Source of the DNA: Cylindrospermopsis raciborskii Cr2010
Lineage (GTDB): Bacteria > Cyanobacteriota > Cyanobacteriia > Cyanobacteriales > Nostocaceae
Assembly (NCBI RefSeq): GCF_003367075.2
Contig: NZ_CP065936.1
Coordinates: 1,830,001-1,862,000 of the forward strand
Direction of reading: 5' to 3'
Length of the DNA: 32,000 nucleotides
Positions 1 through 14,985 of the stretch are shown here, piece after piece. Each line of letters starts with the position of its first letter. Position 1 is the first letter of the stretch. The notes under the pieces are model-generated. The model did not search any database. It was not told where the DNA came from and saw nothing but the letters and a program-made list of their open reading frames with translations. The translations under genes were made by a program, and so were the position numbers.

Positions 1-1135
1 ATTTGACTTTCTTTTAAAAAACCAATTGTGAGATCTAACAAATCATCAGCTTCTGGAAATTTGGGTTGGGCAAAACCTAATCTTTTCAACATCAAATTCC
101 CATATTCTGCATGATAGTATTCCTGAAATTTTGCTAACCCATAATCCAGATCCACTGGGTCAATCACCGCTTTTAATGGCTCTTGCAACAGTTCTAAATT
201 TAAATAACAAATACTTGGTTGCTGACCATAACAATAACGCCGATAATAGTCAAAATAGGCAGCAGTAAAATTTAAATCATAGGTGGGGATAAAAGCATAG
301 GGTCCATAGTCAAAACTTTCCCCTGTAATAGACATGTTGTCAGTATTTAAAACACCATGGCAAAAACCCGCGCACATCCATTGTGCCACTAACTGGGCTA
401 CTCTCTTCACTAGTTCAGCATAAAACAAAGCATATTTATTCTCCTGATTGTTTAGATCTGGATAATATTGATCAATCACATGATCTAATAATTTCTGGAT
501 TAAATCCGGGCGTTTTAAATAATGTAATCTCTCAAAAGTGCCAAATCTAATATGGGATTTACTCATGCGCACCATGACTGATGAACGGGTGGGAGAAGGT
601 TCATCTCCTCGCCATAAAGATAATCCAGTTTCAATCATACTTAAACACCGGGATGTTCTCACACCTAAACGATGTAATACTTCCCCTGCTAAAACTTCTC
701 TCACCCCTCCCTTGAGGGTTAGCATTCCATCACCACCACGGGAATAAGGCGTTCTCCCTGATCCCTTAGTGCCAAAATCATATAGTTCTCCATCCACACC
801 CCTAACTTGTCCATAAAGAAAACCTCTACCATCTCCTAAATGGGGGTTATATTCACCAAATTGATAGCCGTGATAACGCAGTGCTAAAAATGGTTTCTTT
901 CCTTCAAATTTGCCAAAGCTATCAATAAAGTTTTGGTCTGTAATTATTTGATGGTCTATTCCTAAACGTTCTAATAATGAATTATTTCGCCAGCGTAAAA
1001 TGTGTTGGGGAAATTCTTCCGCATCAACTTCATCATAGTAGTCATTACCTAATGACTCCAATTTATATTCATAGTTGAGAGAATGTAACCGGTTGGGGGA
1101 GGTTGTATCATTTGGCGTTTCAGCTGGGTTCATTT
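1..1135 (-). CDS. selO: SelO/YdiU family protein adenylyltransferase (3' end beyond window)
   Basis: The minus strand reads [33 protein letters not shown]... with the SelO-like stretch [30 protein letters not shown]...[44 protein letters not shown]. The ORF is open to the window edge, so it is absent from the ORF track. Confidence 0.88.
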
Positions 1136-1273
1136 TTACTATTTTTGGTGTTTTCTTGATTCTACATTATTACCAATTGCCATTGGTCGGTAGATAATGC
1201 TACTCTACTTGTATCCCACGGTTAAAATTTCCGTGTCTTTCTGTTCATTATAAAGGATAGCAAAAGGATAGTA

Positions 1274-2251
1274 ATGGCGCAAATACGCTACGATTGGCAA
1301 AAAGATGAGATTTTCGCTATCTACAATACACCATTTTTAGAGCTAGTTTATCAAGCTGCTACTGTACACCGTCAATTTCATAATCCTAAACAAATACAGG
1401 TATGCAAGCTAATATCTATTAAAACTGGTGGTTGCCCAGAAGACTGTGGTTACTGCGCCCAGTCCTCCCATTATAAAACTGAAGTCAAACCAGAAGCTTT
1501 ATTAGCTAAGGAAACAGTATTAAATATTGCTCACAAAGCTAAGGAAAATGGTGTCAGTCGAATCTGTATGGGCGCTGCTTGGCGCGAAGTACGAGATAAT
1601 TCCCAATTTGAACAAGTTTTGGATATGGTTAAAAATGTAACCTCTATGGGACTGGAGGTCTGCTGCACTTTGGGCATGTTAACAGCTAGTCAAGCTCAAA
1701 AGTTGCAAGATGCAGGTCTTTACGCTTATAATCATAACCTGGATACTTCCGAAGAATATTATAGTAGTGTTATTACCACGAGAACATATAGCGATCGCCT
1801 GAATACAATTAGAAATGTTCGATCAACTAATGTGACTGTTTGTTCTGGTGGTATTCTGGGTTTAGGTGAGAGTGTGGAAGACCGGGTGGGAATGTTATAT
1901 ACTCTATCTAGTTTGGAACCCCATCCTGAATCAGTTCCGATTAATATCCTCTCCCAGGTTGAGGGAACACCCCTGTCCGATCAACCGGAAGTTCCTATTT
2001 GGGATGTGGTGCGGATGATTGCTACTGCTAGAATCATTATGCCCACCTCTGACGTGCGTTTAAGTGCTGGAAGAGCTAGACTTTCTCCCGTGGAACAGTC
2101 TTTGTGTTTTATGGCGGGTGCCAATTCAATTTTTTCTAGTGATGACCAGAAAATGTTGACGGTTACCACCCCTTGTCCCGATTATGACACGGATGGGGAA
2201 ATGTTAAAGCTATTGGGTTTGCAAATGCGTCCTCCTTCTAAACTTTCTTAA
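1274..2251 (+). CDS. bioB: Biotin synthase
   Basis: 325-aa ORF with radical-SAM motif [14 protein letters not shown] and typical BioB sequence throughout. Confidence 0.96.
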   Translation: MAQIRYDWQKDEIFAIYNTPFLELVYQAATVHRQFHNPKQIQVCKLISIKTGGCPEDCGYCAQSSHYKTEVKPEALLAKETVLNIAHKAKENGVSRICMGAAWREVRDNSQFEQVLDMVKNVTSMGLEVCCTLGMLTASQAQKLQDAGLYAYNHNLDTSEEYYSSVITTRTYSDRLNTIRNVRSTNVTVCSGGILGLGESVEDRVGMLYTLSSLEPHPESVPINILSQVEGTPLSDQPEVPIWDVVRMIATARIIMPTSDVRLSAGRARLSPVEQSLCFMAGANSIFSSDDQKMLTVTTPCPDYDTDGEMLKLLGLQMRPPSKLS

Positions 2252-2333
2252 TATACCCAACCCACAAAACCAGTTGATTGAGAACCGACTTTGGCTTTCA
2301 GACAGGGAATTTATTCCCTGTCTCCCACAGTCT

Positions 2334-2426
2334 CTAGATTATCTTAGCAGCACGAAGACCAAATAATAGTCCCACTGCGATAACTGTAAACGCGGCTAAA
2401 AAAGCCACATATTCCACTACGGCCAT
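2334..2426 (-). CDS. petL: Cytochrome b6f complex subunit PetL-like 30-aa membrane peptide
   Basis: The minus strand reads MAVVEYVAFLAAFTVIAVGLLFGLRAAKII*, a single transmembrane helix ending LLFGLRxAKI as in cyanobacterial PetL. It is too short for the ORF track. Confidence 0.75.
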   Translation of the reverse strand: MAVVEYVAFLAAFTVIAVGLLFGLRAAKII

Positions 2427-2500
2427 TGATCTCGCTCCAGAATTTAGTTCACTAAATTTATTCAATCATATATAATTTCCCATTATATCCGGGTTTTTCA

Positions 2501-3598
2501 ATGACTTCCGTAATTAAAGTAGATATACCAGAAAATTCCTATCAAATCATTGTTGCACCAGGTAGTCTGGATCAACTGGGCCCACAAATGGCTAGTCTCA
2601 ATCTAGGTAAAAAGGCCCTTTTGGTTTCTAACCCCATCATATTTAAGCATTATGGAGAGCGGGCGATCGCCTCTTTGCAAAATGCTGGTTTTGATGTGGT
2701 TCACTATAATCTCCCACCTGGAGAGCGATATAAAACATTAAACTCTATTCAAAAAATTTATGATACAGCTTTAGAACATAAATTAGAGCGCAACTCCACC
2801 ATGATAGCTTTAGGTGGTGGTGTTGTCGGTGATATGACGGGATTCGCTGCTGCTACCTGGCTAAGAGGAATTAATTTAGTACAAGTACCCACTAGTTTAC
2901 TAGCGATGGTTGATTCTTCCGTAGGTGGAAAAACAGGGGTTAATCATCCCCATGGTAAAAACCTAATTGGTGCATTTTATCAACCCAGGTTAGTACTAAT
3001 TGACCCTCAAGTTCTCCAAACCTTACCCAGTGGTGAATTCAGAGCGGGAATGGCGGAAGTGATCAAGTACGGGGTAATTTGGGATCCCCAATTGTTTACT
3101 CAGTTGGAAGCGAGCAAGCACCTTGATCAACTCCGCTATGTAAAATCCGACCTGATAAACTATATCTTAACTCATTCTTGTGAAGCAAAAGCAAATGTGG
3201 TCAGTCAAGATGAAAAAGAATCTGGAATCCGGGCAATTTTGAATTACGGCCATACTATTGGTCACGCAGTGGAAAGTGTCACTAAATATCGAGTGTTTAA
3301 GCATGGTGAAGCCGTCGGTCTTGGTATGATAGCAGCGGGGGAAATTGCTGTTAGGTTGGAACTTTGGTCAAAATCAGATGCAGAGCGTCAAAATACACTT
3401 ATCCAAAAAGCCGGACTGCCAACTAAATTGCCAGTGGGTTTAGATATTAATCAACTAATTGATGCCTTACAATTAGATAAGAAGGTTAAATCAGGTAGGG
3501 TGAGATTTGTTCTACCTAGTCAAATAGGAAAGGTTCTAGTTACAGACCAGGTACCAACGGATATTATTACTCAGGTTTTGTCGAGTTTTGGTTTTTAG
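2501..3598 (+). CDS. aroB: 3-dehydroquinate synthase
   Basis: 365-aa ORF with [41 protein letters not shown] and [11 protein letters not shown] motifs. Confidence 0.96.
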   Translation: MTSVIKVDIPENSYQIIVAPGSLDQLGPQMASLNLGKKALLVSNPIIFKHYGERAIASLQNAGFDVVHYNLPPGERYKTLNSIQKIYDTALEHKLERNSTMIALGGGVVGDMTGFAAATWLRGINLVQVPTSLLAMVDSSVGGKTGVNHPHGKNLIGAFYQPRLVLIDPQVLQTLPSGEFRAGMAEVIKYGVIWDPQLFTQLEASKHLDQLRYVKSDLINYILTHSCEAKANVVSQDEKESGIRAILNYGHTIGHAVESVTKYRVFKHGEAVGLGMIAAGEIAVRLELWSKSDAERQNTLIQKAGLPTKLPVGLDINQLIDALQLDKKVKSGRVRFVLPSQIGKVLVTDQVPTDIITQVLSSFGF

Positions 3599-3607
3599 AT
3601 GCGGTTA

Positions 3608-4696
3608 TTAAAGTCCCCTATCTGTTTCTTGGATTCCATTGGGCTCAGTCTTAGGCTGAAGTTGGGGAGTTTTGGTGATTAATAGGTAACCAATTCCTAG
3701 TAGAACCACACTAATCAGTGCTAGGATATAACCGAATGTCCGAGGTTTTTTAGTGTGTGATATTATTGTTTTAGGAGAGTTTGATGGGATAATACTATAG
3801 GGTTGTCTCAATTCTTCTAGTACCTTTTCCGCTAAGCTATAGCGGTTCTCAGAATTAGCTACTAATAACTTATCTAGAATCTGCTGCAATTTCTGACTTA
3901 GAGGTTGATTTAAATAGTTACGCCAGTTTGCAACCCAGTTGTAACCGTCTTTAAGCCAAAGCTCATAGGGATTTTTACTAGTAAGCAAATAAAAACAGGT
4001 TACACCAAGACTGTATAAGTCACCAGCCGTACTTGCCACACCATCAACTCTTTGTTCCCAAGGTGCATAACCATCTGTGCCAATCCGCGTTCCTGAAGTT
4101 GCTCCTCCTTGTAATTCTTTTGAAGCACCAAAATCAATCAACACCAATTTACCATCTTTATGACGACGCATAACATTTTCCGGTTTAATATCTCGGTGAA
4201 TAATCCCTTGCTTATGAACTTCCTGGAGGATGAGCAATAAGTCCTGCAAAAACTGGCGAATTTTAGCTTCGTTTAACACCCCTTCGGTTTGTAGTTCTTC
4301 GAGTAAATTTTTGCCATCAACAAACTGCTCTACTAAATATAACTGTCGATTTTCTTCAAAGTAGGCAAACAAGCTAGGGATTTGAGTGTGTTCCGCCAAC
4401 TTTTGTAATTGCTGTGCTTCTTGTAGAAATAACTCTGTAGCTTTGATTAAGGCTTGTGTTGTTTGATTACCTAAAGAAGGTGCCAGCTGTTTAATTACAC
4501 AGAGTTCATTTAATTTATGAGTGTCCAGTGCCAAGTAGGTTTTAGCAAATCCTCCACCCCCTAAACGTTTAACTGGTTGATAACGATTCTTCAAGATTAC
4601 TAAAGGAGTGCCACAGGTAGGGCAATAACTAGTACCCTCTGGAACTTGGGGGTTATCACATTCATAAGTAGGATTCAGACAGCATATCTGATTCAT
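3608..4696 (-). CDS. Serine/threonine protein kinase with N-terminal Cys-rich zinc ribbon
   Basis: CCLNPTYECDNPQVPEGTSYCPTCGTPL ribbon, GGGGFAKTYLA glycine loop, HRDIKPENVM catalytic loop, and a C-terminal TM segment (FGYILALISVVLLGIGYLLI). Confidence 0.92.
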   Translation of the reverse strand: MNQICCLNPTYECDNPQVPEGTSYCPTCGTPLVILKNRYQPVKRLGGGGFAKTYLALDTHKLNELCVIKQLAPSLGNQTTQALIKATELFLQEAQQLQKLAEHTQIPSLFAYFEENRQLYLVEQFVDGKNLLEELQTEGVLNEAKIRQFLQDLLLILQEVHKQGIIHRDIKPENVMRRHKDGKLVLIDFGASKELQGGATSGTRIGTDGYAPWEQRVDGVASTAGDLYSLGVTCFYLLTSKNPYELWLKDGYNWVANWRNYLNQPLSQKLQQILDKLLVANSENRYSLAEKVLEELRQPYSIIPSNSPKTIISHTKKPRTFGYILALISVVLLGIGYLLITKTPQLQPKTEPNGIQETDRGL

Positions 4697-4949
4697 GGCT
4701 TTTGGTGAGCGGATATTGTTACTGAATATCTAAGGTGGTTTATTTTAGCACGAATGGTTCCGGGCGTGATCGTTATTTTTGCCAGGTGGAATGGTTAAGA
4801 AAAGTGGCACATAATGTATAATTATTAAAAGCTAGAAAAATATTGGCAAAAAGTCAACTTTAGTGTGTTATTTTTTTGTCAGTTGTTGTTGGTTAATGAA
4901 CTACCTGTCTCGACAGATATGTAAAGTACAGCATTTTGGTAAATAAGGT

Positions 4950-6722
4950 ATGTGGAAAAAAAGTAAAAATAATAATCTAAATCTAAATAGTCTAAGTAAA
5001 ATAACACGTAGTTTATTATTGTTGTTTTTGACATTAAGTGGCAGTTTGCTAACAACAAACCTTTTTGCACCAGCACTAGCACAATCAAATACGGAAAGTA
5101 ATGGTCTAGAACTATTACCAAGAGTTGCCAACAAGAATAAAGTCAGAATTGATGGTTCGATTAAATTGTTAATGATCAACCAAAAGCTGAAAAATAGTTT
5201 TCAGGAACTGTTTCCCCATACTCAGGTAGAAATAGGAACAAGCGGTAATGAGGCAGCTATTAAATCCTTATTGGACGGACAAATTGATGTGGCGGCGATC
5301 GCTAGAGGATTGACTCCAGCAGAAAAAGCTCAGGGACTGGAGCAAGTTCGTCTAACCAGAGAAAAAATTGCCGTTGTGGTTGGTGTTGATAATCCATTTC
5401 AGGGTGGTTTAACTATTGGGGAGTTTACGAGGATATTTAGGGGTAAAATTACTAACTGGTCTCAGGTAGGTGGGCCTCCTATGGCAATTCGGTTTATTGA
5501 TCGTTCTGTCACCAGTGAAACTCGCCGTTCTCTCGGTGGTTACCCGGTGTTCAATTTTCCTGAATTGACTAGTAACAGTGATAAATATCTTACTGTCAGC
5601 CGAGATAAAACTACGGAAATTATCCAACAATTGGGTAAAGATGGTATCAGCTACGCCATAGTCAGCCAGGTAAAAACAGTCCCCCAAGTAAGAATACTCA
5701 AAATTCAGGGTACTTATCCCGACCATTCCAAATATCCCTTTTCATTACCCCTGGTTTATGCTTACAAGCGTAACTCTGATCCTACAGTGGTGAATTTTGT
5801 GGATCTTGCTACTACCCAAGTAGGAAAAAAAGCTATATCCAAGGCTAAAGAAGAAGAGATGTCAGCAGTCGCGACACTACCAAATACGGCACAAAACTCC
5901 ACCCCCGGTTCCGAGTCTCTAGTTCCCATCTATTCCCAAAATGCCCTGCTGTCAACTTCTGTCTCCCCAGACGCTTCAACTTCAAGAAATAATGGTAATT
6001 ATTTTGGCTATGCTAGTCGGCTATTTTCCGGTGTAGTGGGAAACAGAAAACTCCTAGGACTATTAATTGGTTTATGCTTTCTAGTAATATTCCTAACGTT
6101 TTTACTTTGGCTATTAATGGGGAGAAAATCTCGACGAAAGAAAAATCTTGTTGCTGGAGGGATAAACGAATTGGAAACATCATACCCAAACACGGAGGAA
6201 GTAATTGGCAATGACTCCGATGTTTTCGATCAAGCAGTAGGCTTAGATTTCGGTGAGTTGGTTTGGGATATAGAAGCACCAGTCTCAGTCATCAATACTC
6301 TTGATTCTCCAGAATCCCCAATATTGACACCATCTGCACCAGTGGTAGAGAATCACATTCCCCCAAATACTTCCCAAATCGGTACCGGAAGCTCCATTAC
6401 TTTTGTACCACGCTCAGCCAAATGGGCCTATGTTCACTGGTATATTTCCGAGAGCGATCGCCAGTTGGCAAAACAGAGAGGAGGGAACATTCTAGCTATT
6501 AGACTTTATGATGTGACCAATCTGGATCTAAGTGTTCAATCTCCTCCTTTGGTTAAGGAATATGAGTGTGAAGAATCAGGATCAGATTACTACTTGGCTA
6601 TTCCCAGAACCCATCATGAGTACATGACAGAAATCGGGTATTTGACCGATGACCATCAGTGGCTAAACATGGCCCGTTCTCAAACCATTTGGACCTATAA
6701 TCTTCCCGATAAAGAGCTATAA
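4950..6722 (+). CDS. PstS-like periplasmic phosphate-binding-domain protein with C-terminal TM and DUF4912-like tail
   Basis: Signal sequence, PBP-like domain (VEIGTSGNEAAIKSLLDGQIDVAAIARGLTPAEK), TM segment LLGLLIGLCFLVIFLTFLLWLLM, and a tail including SDRQLAKQRGGNILAIRLYDVT. Confidence 0.8.
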   Translation: MWKKSKNNNLNLNSLSKITRSLLLLFLTLSGSLLTTNLFAPALAQSNTESNGLELLPRVANKNKVRIDGSIKLLMINQKLKNSFQELFPHTQVEIGTSGNEAAIKSLLDGQIDVAAIARGLTPAEKAQGLEQVRLTREKIAVVVGVDNPFQGGLTIGEFTRIFRGKITNWSQVGGPPMAIRFIDRSVTSETRRSLGGYPVFNFPELTSNSDKYLTVSRDKTTEIIQQLGKDGISYAIVSQVKTVPQVRILKIQGTYPDHSKYPFSLPLVYAYKRNSDPTVVNFVDLATTQVGKKAISKAKEEEMSAVATLPNTAQNSTPGSESLVPIYSQNALLSTSVSPDASTSRNNGNYFGYASRLFSGVVGNRKLLGLLIGLCFLVIFLTFLLWLLMGRKSRRKKNLVAGGINELETSYPNTEEVIGNDSDVFDQAVGLDFGELVWDIEAPVSVINTLDSPESPILTPSAPVVENHIPPNTSQIGTGSSITFVPRSAKWAYVHWYISESDRQLAKQRGGNILAIRLYDVTNLDLSVQSPPLVKEYECEESGSDYYLAIPRTHHEYMTEIGYLTDDHQWLNMARSQTIWTYNLPDKEL

Positions 6723-6736
6723 CCACTTGTAGGCAT

Positions 6737-7636
6737 CTACATTAACCTCATACTCAGATCTAACCATCGTGATTGAGTTACAGGAGCACTGCTAGAAATA
6801 AAATCAACTCCCGCTTGTGCTACACTGCGAATAGTATCTAGGCTAATATTGCCCGATGCTTCAATTTTCACCCGTTTATCCTGTTGACGAATCAAACTTA
6901 CTGCTTGAGTCATCAGATCCAGGGACATATTATCCAACATAATAATTTCAGCTTGACATTGTAGAGCTTCCTCAACCTGCTCTATAGCTTCCGTTTCTAC
7001 CTCAATACTTAACGGGTATGGAACTTGCGATCGCACTTGTTGAATAGCCTTAGTAATACTGCCAGCTGCGACTATGTGATTATCCTTAATCATCACCGCA
7101 TCATCTAACCCCATACGATGATTAGTAGCTCCACCCACCGCACTAGCATACTTTTCTAAAATTCTCAACCCGGGAGTAGTCTTACGAGTATCAACAAACT
7201 TAGTGGGTAGATCCGCTATTTTTTCCACATACATATTAGTCAAACTAGCAATTCCACTCAACCGCATCACCAAATTCAGTGCCACCCGCTCCCCCATCAA
7301 TAACCCATCCCAAGCCCCTGTAATTTCCGCTACCACTTCACCAGCTTGACACTTATCCCCCTCAGCCTTGAGTGGCACAAAATTGATTTGGTCATTTAAT
7401 AGATAAAACACCCTAGCTGCAATTGGCAACCCAGCAATTATCCCCTCTGCTTTAGCTACCCACCTAGCTTGTACACTAGTGTGGTGCTGGGATAACAGAG
7501 CTTGGGTCGTGCGATCGCCCCTACCAATATCCTCCATCAACCAGACCCGCAGCATGGGGTCAAGCAACAAAACCGGTGGTAATACACCCAAAAAACCTTT
7601 CATCGAACTTTCCATCAGTTGTTTAAATATAATCAA
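6737..7636 (-). CDS. nadC: Nicotinate-nucleotide pyrophosphorylase (carboxylating)
   Basis: 299-aa ORF with DTRKTTPGLRILEKYASAVGGATNHRMGLDDAVMIKDNH. Confidence 0.95.
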   Translation of the reverse strand: MIIFKQLMESSMKGFLGVLPPVLLLDPMLRVWLMEDIGRGDRTTQALLSQHHTSVQARWVAKAEGIIAGLPIAARVFYLLNDQINFVPLKAEGDKCQAGEVVAEITGAWDGLLMGERVALNLVMRLSGIASLTNMYVEKIADLPTKFVDTRKTTPGLRILEKYASAVGGATNHRMGLDDAVMIKDNHIVAAGSITKAIQQVRSQVPYPLSIEVETEAIEQVEEALQCQAEIIMLDNMSLDLMTQAVSLIRQQDKRVKIEASGNISLDTIRSVAQAGVDFISSSAPVTQSRWLDLSMRLM

Positions 7637-7748
7637 GTCTAAGCGGAGATTTCAACAGTTTACCAATGGTTCAAATGCCCAATCCATAAAGGATTCAGCC
7701 CCTAAAATTTTGGTAAAAAACTTTTTTCAAAAAAAGTGAAAAAAGTAG

Positions 7749-7777
7749 TTGACATTCTCAAAGAGGTTCGCTATATT
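7749..7777 (+). promoter_or_regulatory. Putative rRNA operon promoter
   Basis: TTGACA (7749-7754), 17-nt spacer, TATATT (7772-7777), about 170 nt upstream of the 16S gene. Confidence 0.6.
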
Positions 7778-7943
7778 GAATAAGTGGCTGAGAGAGACGC
7801 AAGAAACAGCGACTCCCAAGTCCACCCGAACCTTGAAAATAATATAGTTTGAAAGACAGTATAAAGCAATCTACTCGTCAAGTCAAGAAAATAATACCTG
7901 ACTGAGGTAATCAGTCAAAGAAAGAGCTAAAAACAAACTTAAC

Positions 7944-9432
<1,489 letters not shown>

Positions 9433-9546
9433 AGGGAGACCTACCCATTGAAGAATCGAAAGCCGAAGGCGAATAGAGAATCAAATGGTCTACTCTAGGT
9501 CGATGACGTGAGATTGTGAAGTCTTTCAAACTAATATTTGGTTCGC

Positions 9547-9620
<74 letters not shown>

Positions 9621-9623
9621 CCT

Positions 9624-9696
9624 GGGGGTTTAGCTCAGTTGGTAGAGCGCCTGCTTTGCAAGCAGGATGTCAGCGGTTCGAGTCCGCTAACCTCCA
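9624..9696 (+). tRNA. tRNA-Ala (TGC anticodon)
   Basis: GGGGGTT/AACCTCC acceptor stem, CTTTGCAAG anticodon arm, GGTTCGAGTCC T arm; 3 nt after tRNA-Ile. Confidence 0.95.
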
Positions 9697-9823
9697 CATT
9701 AGGTATTATCAGCAACTAGGAAAGACCTAGACTGCTGGTGAGAACCAGCCAGAACCTTGAAAACTGCATATAGATAGATAAGAGAGCCGAAATCGAAAGA
9801 TAGAAGCAAGTGAAGAACCAAGT

Positions 9824-12645
<2,822 letters not shown>

Positions 12646-12720
12646 AAAAGTAATTCATTCTTATCAAAATATATGCAGTCTTCAGGGTTTTGAAGTGGAA
12701 ACTTTGAAATCGACGAGTTT

Positions 12721-12838
12721 TCCTGGTGTCTATGGTGCGGTGGAACCACACTGATCCCTTCCCGAACTCAGAGGTGAAACGCTGTTGCGGCGACGATAGT
12801 ATGGGGGTTGCCCTATGTCAAAATAGCTCGATGCCAGG
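12721..12838 (+). rRNA. rrf: 5S ribosomal RNA
   Basis: TCCTGGTGTCTATGGTGCGGTGGAACCACACTGATCCCTTCCCGAACTCAGAGGTGAAAC...GATGCCAGG. Confidence 0.93.
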
Positions 12839-12870
12839 TTTATTATTACATAACCGCTCATTCCATGTAT

Positions 12871-13724
12871 TATGGAGTGGGCGGTTTGATTTTACTTCCA
12901 AAACAGCGATCGCCCGGTTTTAAAAACATTTACCGTAGGTTGGGTTGAGGAACGAAACCCAACAAACCCCACTGTTAATTATGGGCAGTTTGGTTTTACT
13001 TCCAAAACAGCGATCGCCCGGTTTTAAAAACATTTACCTTAATGTAAAACCCCACCGTTAATTATGGTGTACGTGAATTCATTGTATTATAGGATGGGCG
13101 GTTTGATTTTACCTACAAAACAGCGATCGCCCGTTTTTAAAAACATTTACCTTAATGTAGAACTGCACTATTAATTATGGGATACGTGAATTCGTTATAT
13201 TATGGAGTGGGCGGTTTGATTTTACTTCCAAAACAGCGATCGCCCGGTTTTAAAAACATTTACCGTAGGTTGGGTTGAGGAACGAAACCCAACAAACCCC
13301 ACTGTTAATTATGGGCAGTTTGGTTTTACTTCCAAAACAGCGATCGCCTATTTTTAAAAACATTTACCTTAATGTAAAACCCCACCGTTAATTATGGTGT
13401 ACGTGAATTCATTGTATTATAGGATGGGCGGTTTGATTTTACCTACAAAACAGCGATCGCCCGTTTTTAAAAACATTTACCTTAATGTAGAACTGCACTA
13501 TTAATTATGGGATACGTGAATTCGTTATATTATGGAGTGGGCGGTTTGATTTTGCTTCCAAAACAGCGATCGCCCGGTTTTAAAAACATTTACCGTAGGT
13601 TGGGTTGAGGAACGAAACCCAACAAACCCCACTGTTAATTATGGGCAGTTTGGTTTTACTTCCAAAACAGCGATCGCCCGTTTTTAAAAACATTTACCTT
13701 AATGTAGAACTGCACTATTAATTA
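12871..13724. repeat. Higher-order tandem repeat, 330-bp period, about 2.6 copies, each copy made of three related ~104-114-bp subunits
   Basis: TATGGAGTGGGCGGTTTGATTTT recurs at 12871, 13201 and 13531. HIP1 GCGATCGC recurs at 12906, 13010, 13123, 13236, 13340, 13453, 13566 and 13670. Confidence 0.95.
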
Positions 13725-13774
13725 GGGGTTGCTGAAAAAGTTGAGAATAAACCTAATGAAAATTGGCTCAGTGG

Positions 13775-14665
13775 TCATGCAAGAAAAAAAGATAAGTTTT
13801 CCTCATCGAAATTTACGAAGTAATTAACTTTACTAATCAAACAAGGTAAAAAGGTATCTGGTTTAATGCTATTTTTCATTTCATCATTGACTTTAATACC
13901 CTGAATAAATTGAGTCAGAATTTCACCTGTAACTTTTGAAAAAAGGTTGAGTGCTGAGTTTTTGATATCCATTGTTATTTCATTCAGCTTGATAATAACA
14001 TCATCCATACCAAACTGAATAAGTTTGTTCTCTTTATCGCTAAGGTTTAAAACTTCAAATTTTTCCTCTGCGTAACCTAAATTTTTTAAATCTTCCTCGA
14101 TTCTTCTGTAAGTCGGAAAGTATAAAATGGTCTCGTTCAAATTTTGGATACTATCCTTAGTAGCAATTATATTAGCATTTATCTGTTTAATGACATCTTT
14201 TAGACTTTCTGGATTTTCCTCTTGCTTAATCCTTACCTCATCTAATATTCTAGAGTGGTATTGAATAGGGATCCTATAAGTTTTGATAATACGTTCAAAA
14301 TGCACACGAAGCAAATCATTACTCATCCGCGCTGCTTCCAACAAACTATCTATTTCTCTCCTGGGCAAAAGTCTTCTCAAGAAAGAACTTGGTGGAAATG
14401 GGTCACGTTGATAACTTTGATAAAAAGACCTCAGATCACTGTTTCTAATCTCAACGCTTTTAACCATTTCACCAGATGAGAATTCGAGAATGATAGAACT
14501 AAAGTCTATTGAGCTAAGTTTATCGAACCTACATGACATTGAGTAATACAGTGCATTGAGAATTGTGGTTTTACCGGAACCATTTTCTGCAATCAGAATC
14601 ATTGCTTCTTTGTCAAATAGTGGCGATACCTTAAAGTCAGAATATGCTGTTAGTTGTAAGAGCAT
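13775..14665 (-). pseudogene. AAA/ABC-type ATPase, 3'-truncated
   Basis: Walker A ENGSGKTTILNALYYS at the N-terminus, but only 296 aa and no Walker B or signature motif. The reading frame dies next to a GGGGTTGCTGAAAAAG sequence and the repeat block. Confidence 0.65.
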
Positions 14666-14700
14666 AAATACTTATTTTCGCCATGGTAAGGTAGAGGTAG

Positions 14701-14985
14701 TTAACTTAATCGAGTTAATTGGTTTATCGTGGCAACCAAATCGCTTATGGTTATAACCCTATAATATAAATCTATATTTAAAACTGTTCTATCAATACGT
14801 GAATCACTAGGAAAAACGATAATTCCATACACTTTAGTATCTTTCATAAAGACTTTATGACGTTTGCTAATTTTTAAATTTCTATTTCTCCTAATAGCAT
14901 CACAGTAAGTTTTTACTTGTTGGTAAGGATTGTCACCCCACGATGACAGAATTTCTACTTCTTTTCCTTTTATTTTGGGACTGAG
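14701..14985 (-). pseudogene. 5'-truncated relic of an unidentified (possibly nuclease-related) protein
   Basis: An open frame with no own start reads PNYNLSPKIKGKEVEILSSWGDNPYQQVKTYCDAIRRNRNLKISKRHKVFMKDTKVYGIIVFPSDSRIDRTVLNIDLYYRVITISDLVATINQLTRLS*, 35 nt upstream of the ATPase start. Confidence 0.4.

Noticed and set aside
538-747. 69-aa plus-strand ORF.
   Set aside because: Antisense to the clear selO coding frame.
5409-6279. Minus-strand ORFs at 5409..5726, 6008..6211 and 6013..6279.
   Set aside because: Antisense shadows of the PstS-like membrane protein gene.
12871-13724. CRISPR array.
   Set aside because: The subunits are long (104-113 bp), mostly homologous throughout, with no short repeat plus unique spacer pattern, and no cas genes in the window.
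13775-14665. Retron, OLD or Septu assignment for the truncated ATPase.
   Set aside because: Only Walker A and generic helices are visible; no reverse transcriptase, TOPRIM or HNH partner is present, so no family was assigned.
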